Virus record (IMG/VR): IMGVR_UViG_3300027754_000042 | Source of the DNA: a virus | Strand: one strand, 5' to 3' | DNA length: 64,000 nucleotides | Shown: positions 58,112 through 64,000 of the stretch, piece after piece | How the letters are laid out: each line of letters opens with the position of its first letter | How positions within the stretch are numbered: the stretch's first letter is position 1 | Made by a program: the position numbers and the translations under genes | The notes under the pieces: generated by a model | The model's database searches: none | What the model saw: the letters and a program-made list of their open reading frames with translations, nothing else | Told to the model about the DNA's origin: nothing

Positions 58112-58669
58112 ATGGCAAAATACTTAGATAGATCAGCGATAGAAGACCTTGACTCTTATAGACAAGAGATATTTGCGATTAGAGAAAGAGCATATGCAAA
58201 GCATGGTATTGATATATTGGATAACGATACTCTAAGCTCCGTATCAATCTACAATTTGGTTTCTCAATATGATCCAGATTACAATATCAACTTTGCTAGA
58301 AATGGTGAAGATGCGATTTCTAATCGAATTGAAATTGAACAGAAATGTAGCAGAGTCGAAAACGATAAGAAACTGGCTTCATTTATGTTTCATGCTATGG
58401 GTAACCTTATCTATGATCGGTATATCTTTGTTGCGCGCCACAAAGACAATCTAGACCTACTCAGGATCTATGATATAAGTCAGAAAAAAAATCTGAAAAT
58501 CATTCATAAGCATTTGACGGCAGAACGAGATGCTTGGTTAGAACGAGGCAGAAAAGATCAAAGCAAAATGAAAAGGGATGTCGTTTTGCTGTCTGAGAAA
58601 ATGATGAAAGAACAACTGACAAGCTTATCTAAAATCAAGATATATACATGTGAAGTTATTAGAGGTTGA
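58112..58669 (+). CDS. Hypothetical protein, possible restriction-endonuclease-like
   Basis: AT-rich; GEDA....IEIEQK pattern; coupled to the downstream methyltransferase. Confidence 0.45.
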   Translation: MAKYLDRSAIEDLDSYRQEIFAIRERAYAKHGIDILDNDTLSSVSIYNLVSQYDPDYNINFARNGEDAISNRIEIEQKCSRVENDKKLASFMFHAMGNLIYDRYIFVARHKDNLDLLRIYDISQKKNLKIIHKHLTAERDAWLERGRKDQSKMKRDVVLLSEKMMKEQLTSLSKIKIYTCEVIRG

Positions 58670-59922
58670 CAATGGCAAATCTGATCTACACAGAAAATGA
58701 ATTTCTATCGCTGTTCAGTTTTAACAAGACAGTCAGTTTTGAAGACTTTAGCAACCAAATTTCTGTGTTGAATGGTAGCGATACCTCAGGAAATTTCGTC
58801 GTCAGGAGCGACCTTGATACATTCATCGAAAGAGTTGCAAAAAGCGATGACAGAAAAGATAGACTGAACTTATACAAAGAACAAATGTATAAGATGCTCG
58901 TTCTAGAACCAGAGGTAGCTCTTACAGAATGGTTTCGTAAGACTGCTAAAATCGCAGAACCGATTGAGCATTATTTTCAAATACCACCCGCTCAGATTTT
59001 AAATGGTGACACATTTGCTGGCCGTACATACAGCAAATATGGTCGTATCTGCAAAAACATTAATTTCGAAAAATTTTTCAGCACACGCAAACTTTACAGT
59101 AACGATTTCGAGTACACTTTTGGTTTACTAAAAGTGATGTTTGAACAATTTAAAATACGCAACAGTTTAGCCAGCCCCGCTTTCTTTGACCATATATGCA
59201 AAATTGAAAACAGTAACTATGGACAATTCTGGACCGATTTTATGATTGGTTGTAATAGGGCTAGCATTTTTAATCCAGCAACATACAAGGGCATCTTAGA
59301 CGAAATTCTTCCTGGTAAAATTTTGTTTGCTCCAGTTATGGGTTGGAATAGCTATCAGTTCGCATTTTATTCGAGCGGATTCGAGAAGTTTATCGCAACT
59401 GATGTTATACCTGAGGTTGTTGAAAACGGAAAAACATTGCACAAAGTCTGGCAAGATTTTTCAGACAAGAGTTTTTTTGGAGTAGCGGATAAGTCTGTCG
59501 ATCTATATTGTTGCCCCTCAGAAAAACTGAAGTCGATTGGATTCGAAGATACATATCGAGAGAAGGTAGATGCGGTTCTGTTTAGCCCGCCATATTATGA
59601 CCTTGAAATTTATGATAGCGAAGATCAAAGTTTTACCAATTATCCTAACTATGAAGAATGGCTAGAAAAATACTGGGAAGCTACCGTCCTTACAGCAAAG
59701 GAAGTGATGAAGCCAGATGCCAATTTTGCGTTTGTTATCTCTAACTATAGAAATAAAGCCAAACAAGAAGTGAATATCAGCGAAGATATGATGAGAGTGG
59801 TAAGCAAGCACCTGAATCTTAAAGCCAGATATAAGATTCAGTGGTCAGCTATTGGAACTGGACGGCAAGCAAAAAAAACTAGAGGCGGAAATTTTGAAGA
59901 CCTTTGGGTTTTCACAAAATAG
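58666..59922 (+). CDS. DNA amino-methyltransferase (N6-A or N4-C type)
   Basis: Motif I-like FAPVMGW before motif IV FSPPYYDLEIY; start may be ATG 58672. Confidence 0.78.
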   Translation: MTMANLIYTENEFLSLFSFNKTVSFEDFSNQISVLNGSDTSGNFVVRSDLDTFIERVAKSDDRKDRLNLYKEQMYKMLVLEPEVALTEWFRKTAKIAEPIEHYFQIPPAQILNGDTFAGRTYSKYGRICKNINFEKFFSTRKLYSNDFEYTFGLLKVMFEQFKIRNSLASPAFFDHICKIENSNYGQFWTDFMIGCNRASIFNPATYKGILDEILPGKILFAPVMGWNSYQFAFYSSGFEKFIATDVIPEVVENGKTLHKVWQDFSDKSFFGVADKSVDLYCCPSEKLKSIGFEDTYREKVDAVLFSPPYYDLEIYDSEDQSFTNYPNYEEWLEKYWEATVLTAKEVMKPDANFAFVISNYRNKAKQEVNISEDMMRVVSKHLNLKARYKIQWSAIGTGRQAKKTRGGNFEDLWVFTK

Positions 59923-59923
59923 C

Positions 59924-59952
59924 TAGACATTGAAAGTGTTTGGTGATACACT
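59924..59952 (+). promoter_or_regulatory. Sigma70-type promoter for gp62
   Basis: TAGACA-17-TACACT with TGn extension. Confidence 0.55.
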
Positions 59953-59984
59953 AATGGTTCTTCAAAAATACAAGAGAGTGTTTT

Positions 59985-60368
59985 ATGGCTAGTCCTTTTG
60001 ATTATGTAAACTCGATTATGAAGCCAAAACAACCAAACATGATGCGCGGACATGGAGAAGCAGAAGAGAAGGCTTATGTGCCTTTTCTCACTAACCGATC
60101 GCTGTCGTACCACCAAGACTGTGTACTGTATGCCAACGAGATGAACATGCGTGGGCATCTAGACAAATTACTCCAGTATGAGTATTTTATAAATATAATC
60201 AGGAAACAGAACCGTAAGTTTGCCAAGTGGCAAAAAGAAGAAAAGAACGATTCTGTCGACCTGGTTATGGAGTTCTTCGGCTATGGGCGTTCAGAAGCTA
60301 AACAAGCACTGACCGTATTGACACCCAGCCAAGTAGACCAGATCGGGTCGTTACTTGGCAAAAGGTGA
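59985..60368 (+). CDS. gp62: Clamp loader small subunit gp62
   Basis: PFDYVNSI, Y.PFL.NRSLS...D..LYANEMN, QY.Y..N.IRK..R.FAKW.K. Confidence 0.92.
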   Translation: MASPFDYVNSIMKPKQPNMMRGHGEAEEKAYVPFLTNRSLSYHQDCVLYANEMNMRGHLDKLLQYEYFINIIRKQNRKFAKWQKEEKNDSVDLVMEFFGYGRSEAKQALTVLTPSQVDQIGSLLGKR

Positions 60369-60784
60369 ACACAATGCAATCCATTATTGAATCCATGATT
60401 GAGGTACGACTAAAGACACCAGAAGATTTCCTAAAGATTCGCGAAACGCTCAGCCGCATCGGTGTCGCGTCCGCAGAAAAATCAACACTCTATCAATCTT
60501 GCCATATTTTCCACAAGCAGGGCCGCTACTATGTGGTTCACTTCAAGGAACTATTCGCGCTTGATGGCAAGCCAACCAACTTCTCTGATGATGATAAGGC
60601 TCGTCGAAACAAGATCGCTAATCTACTCGCTGAATGGGAGTTGATTGATCTCGTCGATCCTAAAGCATCGGAAGACCCTATTGCTTCATTAAATCAAATC
60701 AAAATTCTCACACACAAGGAGAAGAGTGATTGGAAACTGGAAGCTAAATACAACATCGGTAAGAACCGCGGAAAGGTCGCTTGA
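60365..60784 (+). CDS. regA: Translational repressor RegA
   Basis: DFLKIRETLSRIGVAS, LYQSCHI.HKQGRYY.VHFKELFALDG. Confidence 0.96.
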   Translation: MNTMQSIIESMIEVRLKTPEDFLKIRETLSRIGVASAEKSTLYQSCHIFHKQGRYYVVHFKELFALDGKPTNFSDDDKARRNKIANLLAEWELIDLVDPKASEDPIASLNQIKILTHKEKSDWKLEAKYNIGKNRGKVA

Positions 60785-60847
60785 TCGACGCAGCTTCTAC
60801 CCTCTTGAATTTATGTGTAGTGTTGGGGGTATATCTCCTTCGCTACA

Positions 60848-60914
60848 TATAAATAAAACCGTGATGCCCTCGGGGTCACATAATCAACCTTGCCTAATAG
60901 GAGGTCATACTATG
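60848..60914 (+). promoter_or_regulatory. Late promoter followed by a structured Hsp20 5' leader (ROSE-like)
   Basis: TATAAATA 60848-60855; hairpin gtgatgccctcggggtcac; SD-sequestering hairpin accttgcct-aat-aggaggt. Confidence 0.55.
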
Positions 60915-61367
60915 ACTAAGAACGACTACGCACAAATCCCATCTCCATTCGCATCTTTCGATCCTTTCTCTGTCGGCTTCGACAAGACATTTAAGCTGCT
61001 ATCTTCGCAGTTGGATGGCATCGGTAAGAACCTTCCTGGATATCCACCTTACAATATCAAGAAGGTCGATGATAACAAGTATGTTATCGAAATGGCTGTC
61101 GCGGGATTCGCAAAGACAGATATCGAGCTGACTCTCGATGGTGGTAAGCTAACCATCGCTGGTAAGACTAAAGACTCCAGTGATATGGATAAGGCTACCG
61201 AATTCTACTACTACAAGGGAATTGCAGAGCGTGCCTTCAATCGCACATTCACTCTTGCTGATACTGTAGTGGTAAACAATGCCGAATTGATGAACGGCAT
61301 TCTCAAGGTGTGGTTGGAAAACTTTATCCCTGAGAACCAGAAGCCTAAGAACATCAAGATCGACTAA
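60912..61367 (+). CDS. Small heat shock protein Hsp20 (IbpA-like)
   Basis: VGFD, YPPYNI, IEMAVAGF, KGIA.RAF.RTF.LA, A.L.NGIL; true start ATG 60912. Confidence 0.95.
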   Translation: MTKNDYAQIPSPFASFDPFSVGFDKTFKLLSSQLDGIGKNLPGYPPYNIKKVDDNKYVIEMAVAGFAKTDIELTLDGGKLTIAGKTKDSSDMDKATEFYYYKGIAERAFNRTFTLADTVVVNNAELMNGILKVWLENFIPENQKPKNIKID

Positions 61368-61396
61368 TTACAACCCATTGAATCCTACATCATGCA

Positions 61397-61426
61397 AGCG
61401 AGCTGGGAAACTGGCTCGCTATTATT
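61397..61426 (+). terminator. Probable terminator hairpin after Hsp20
   Basis: agcgagctgg-gaaa-ctggctcgct followed by attatt. Confidence 0.6.
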
Positions 61427-61442
61427 GTTCGGAGAAAGACAA

Positions 61443-61607
61443 ATGCAAAATATTTTTAACTTAATCGCAAAGAAAGTAGAAGACACACGCCGCTACTACA
61501 AGGCGTTGAATGAATTGAATCGTCTATCGGATAGAGAACTATCTGACATTGGATTATATCGTGGTGAAATTCCTATGGTTGCTATGACGGTACTAAATAG
61601 AAAGTAA
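61443..61607 (+). CDS. DUF1127 (YjiS-like) small protein
   Basis: RRY...LNEL.RLSDRELSDIGL.RGEI signature; GGAG RBS. Confidence 0.88.
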   Translation: MQNIFNLIAKKVEDTRRYYKALNELNRLSDRELSDIGLYRGEIPMVAMTVLNRK

Positions 61608-61624
61608 CTCAATAAGGAGTGACT

Positions 61625-62242
61625 ATGGCTATTACATTCGAACAGTTGAATGAGTTCTTCGAAGATACGGGCGAAGATGTTATTCAGAAATATGTGGAAC
61701 CTCTAAATGAGGTTATGGATTTTTATGAAATCAACACCCCTCAACGTATCTCAATGTTCCTTGCTCAGGTAGGCCATGAATCTGGTGGACTAAGAACGAT
61801 CAAGGAAAATCTAAACTATTCAGCAGATCGCTTGAAGGTAATTTTCCCTAAGTATTTTCGTGGAGTAGATACAGCACCGTTCGCTAAGAACCCACAGAAA
61901 ATTGCCAATCGTGTCTATGCTTCGCGCATGGGTAACGGTGATGAAGCATCAGGAGATGGGTATCGCTACTGCGGACGTGGGCTTATCCAATTGACAGGCA
62001 AATCAAATTATGAAGCTTTTGCCAAAGACATGGGGTGGCCACTAGAAGAAGCAACCGAGTGGTTGAGTACAGAAGAAGGAGCTGCGTGGAGTGCTGGATG
62101 GTTCTGGGACTCGCGTGAACTAAACAATTGGGCTGATAAAGGTGACGTTGTTAATGTAACTAAAAAAATCAATGGTGGTACCATTGGACTTGAAGATCGT
62201 AAATCTCATTATGCTGCTGCCCTGGAGATATTCACAGCATAA
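61625..62242 (+). CDS. Glycoside hydrolase family 19 endolysin
   Basis: FLAQVGHESGG, ENLNYS, IANRVYA.RMGNG, GRGLIQLTG..NY, TKKINGG..GL.DR. Confidence 0.92.
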   Translation: MAITFEQLNEFFEDTGEDVIQKYVEPLNEVMDFYEINTPQRISMFLAQVGHESGGLRTIKENLNYSADRLKVIFPKYFRGVDTAPFAKNPQKIANRVYASRMGNGDEASGDGYRYCGRGLIQLTGKSNYEAFAKDMGWPLEEATEWLSTEEGAAWSAGWFWDSRELNNWADKGDVVNVTKKINGGTIGLEDRKSHYAAALEIFTA

Positions 62243-62251
62243 GGAAATGCG

Positions 62252-62713
62252 ATGCCTAAATTTACAGTAGAAACGGATGAACCTAAACCAGCAATGGATC
62301 AGATTCCCCCTGCAACTAAAGGAGCAGGCGCTTCAATCCAGACTACATATATCGACTCAACCCCTAGAGCAGGTGCACCATCAGCCCCACAGTTATCCGA
62401 AGCAGCTCAGCTTGCTAAGATTGAACTGGAAAAGAAACAGTGGGAAGCAGAGAACGCAAAGCAGAATGAAGACTGGATGGTCAAGAAGTGGCGACCCGCA
62501 ATGGGTTGGTGCTACATGGTCATTTGTTGTTTAGACATGGCTATATTCCCAATCATGTGGAATGTGATTCAAGTTATGATGAAGCAACCACTAACCCAAT
62601 GGAATCCACTTACGCTGCAAGGCGCTGGTTTGTTCCATCTAGCAATGGGTGCAGTTCTTGGTATCTCTGCTTGGTCAAGAGGACAAGAGAAAATGCAAGG
62701 TGTAACAAAATAA
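62252..62713 (+). CDS. Putative holin (3TM / GTA-holin-like)
   Basis: WRPAMGW, two hydrophobic segments, LG...R..EK C-terminus; adjacent to the lysin. Confidence 0.7.
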   Translation: MPKFTVETDEPKPAMDQIPPATKGAGASIQTTYIDSTPRAGAPSAPQLSEAAQLAKIELEKKQWEAENAKQNEDWMVKKWRPAMGWCYMVICCLDMAIFPIMWNVIQVMMKQPLTQWNPLTLQGAGLFHLAMGAVLGISAWSRGQEKMQGVTK

Positions 62714-62723
62714 GGATTTTAAA

Positions 62724-63035
62724 ATGAATGATGATGTTGAAAGTGTGATGGTCGTTAGGTTTTTCACTGGCGATGAAGTGATTGGTAAAGTGAGTGCGTT
62801 TGGTCAGCATAATATTGTAATCAAAAAGCCCGCCGCTATTGTGATGCAACAGGGCACAAATGGTAAAGCCAGTATGGGCCTTCTTGATTACCTACCAATG
62901 GCAAAGAGTAAAGAGATTGTGGTTAGTTCGTCCAATATTCTCTTTGTCTATGAGCCAATGCTTGATGTTGAAAATGCTTACAACACCTCATTTGGTTCTG
63001 GATTGGTATTGCCGAAAAGCGGGTTGACATTTTGA
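62724..63035 (+). CDS. Conserved hypothetical protein upstream of gp43
   Basis: TGDEVIG and Y...FGSGL.LP motifs. Confidence 0.7.
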   Translation: MNDDVESVMVVRFFTGDEVIGKVSAFGQHNIVIKKPAAIVMQQGTNGKASMGLLDYLPMAKSKEIVVSSSNILFVYEPMLDVENAYNTSFGSGLVLPKSGLTF

Positions 63036-63052
63036 TGACGATGGTGTACTAT
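63024..63052 (+). promoter_or_regulatory. Sigma70 promoter for the DNA polymerase gene
   Basis: TTGACA-17-TACTAT. Confidence 0.78.
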
Positions 63053-63057
63053 ACACC

Positions 63058-64000
63058 ATGAGCAAATTTTACACCAATGCGATGCAGTTCGGCAACAACA
63101 TCTTGGTTCGCGGTTACGACCGCGGGCTACAGTTCAACGAAAAGATTCCCTACAAGCCCACGATGTTTGTCCAGTCAAAGCATGAGAATGCAAGCTGGAC
63201 CGACATTCGTGGGCTTTCGCTTGAGCCAATCCAATTTGAATCCATCAATGAAGCTAAGGACTTTCTCAAGCAATATGAAGACGTAACCAATTTCAATATC
63301 TTTGGTCTACAGCGGTTCGTCTACACATACCTGAATGAAGAATATCCAACCGATGTGCCATATGATCGTGACCAAATCAAGGTCGCATATCTTGATATCG
63401 AAGTAAGTTCTGAGAATGGTTTTCCTGCGGTAGAGCGAGCATCGGATACCGTCACAGCCATCACGTTGAAGAAAGGCCCGATCTTTCATGTGTTTGGTTT
63501 AAAGCCATACACACCAACACGCAATGACGTTTTCTACCATCACTGTGTCAACGAAAAAGAATTGCTCATTCGTTTTCTGAGTGAGTGGGCGCACGATGGT
63601 TATCCCGATATCGTCACTGGTTGGAATATCACATGGTTTGATATTCCTTATCTTGCCAAACGTATGACAACGGTCATTGGTGAAAGTGAAATGAAGCGCC
63701 TCTCACCATGGAAAAATGTCCGTGAGAGACGAGTTCAAATGACATTCAACAAGGTGCAGGTTGCATATGATATTGGTGGTGTGGCTACACTTGATTATCT
63801 TGAGATGTATAAGAAATTCACATACTCTCAGCAGGAATCATATCGTCTTGACCATATTGCATTCGTTGAACTTGGTGAGAAGAAACTAGACCATTCTGAA
63901 TTTGAGACACTCCACGAATTCTACATGAAAGATCATACTAAGTTTATTGACTACAATATCATCGACGTGGAACTTATCGTGAAGATGGACGATAAGATGA
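63058..64000 (+). CDS. gp43: Family B DNA polymerase gp43, 5' part, runs off the window (not in the ORF track)
   Basis: MSKFYTNAMQFGNNILVRGY..., ExoI YLDIEV, ExoII TGWNITWFDIPYL, QESYRLDHIA..ELGEKK, ExoIII YNIIDV. Confidence 0.95.
   Translation, partial: MSKFYTNAMQFGNNILVRGYDRGLQFNEKIPYKPTMFVQSKHENASWTDIRGLSLEPIQFESINEAKDFLKQYEDVTNFNIFGLQRFVYTYLNEEYPTDVPYDRDQIKVAYLDIEVSSENGFPAVERASDTVTAITLKKGPIFHVFGLKPYTPTRNDVFYHHCVNEKELLIRFLSEWAHDGYPDIVTGWNITWFDIPYLAKRMTTVIGESEMKRLSPWKNVRERRVQMTFNKVQVAYDIGGVATLDYLEMYKKFTYSQQESYRLDHIAFVELGEKKLDHSEFETLHEFYMKDHTKFIDYNIIDVELIVKMDDKM

Noticed and set aside
60726-60911. Longer Hsp20 ORF start
   Set aside because: It overlaps regA and the promoter; the strong SD points to ATG 60912.
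1-64000. tRNA genes, introns or inteins in gp17/gp20/gp23/uvsW/gp43, and stop-codon reassignment
   Set aside because: Core genes are uninterrupted and of normal length under the standard code; no cloverleaf was seen in the short intergenic gaps (by eye only).

Overview
This is a 64 kb segment of a large T4-like myophage genome, almost entirely + strand, with no tRNA, rRNA, CRISPR array or integrase seen. The host is probably an alphaproteobacterium, inferred from a DUF1127 gene, Bug/TctC genes and a ROSE-like Hsp20 leader. Gene order: (1) baseplate and fibre genes (gp25, gp6, gp7-like, gp8, a 2174 aa VrlC/DUF4815-like protein, a tail fibre and a gp38-like Gly-rich adhesin); (2) an accessory island at 17.6-25.3 kb with three SGGxDS PP-loop proteins, a fatty-acid-hydroxylase-family enzyme, two 2OG-Fe(II) oxygenases and two Bug/TctC-like proteins; (3) neck, packaging, tail and head genes (gp13-gp23, gp3); (4) uvsY, uvsW, gp55, gp47, gp46 and peptide deformylase; (5) a C5 DNA methyltransferase-like gene coupled to a CmoA-like gene; (6) early genes including a HEXXH/vWA protein, a CobS/MoxR ATPase and ribosomal protein bS21; (7) gp45, gp44, an inserted R-M-like pair, gp62, regA, Hsp20, a GH19 lysin, a holin and the 5' part of gp43. 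The top finding is the operon at 47.2-49.2 kb: a carboxy-SAM synthase homologue sits next to a C5 methyltransferase whose motif X Asn is replaced by Arg (GRMV), which predicts DNA 5-carboxymethylcytosine formation. Other notable items are a twice-repeated 30 bp element carrying perfect antisense sigma70 promoters aimed into late genes, the PP-loop/Bug island, probable leaderless transcripts alongside phage bS21, and a ROSE-like thermometer. All family calls come from motif recognition by eye, not database searches.
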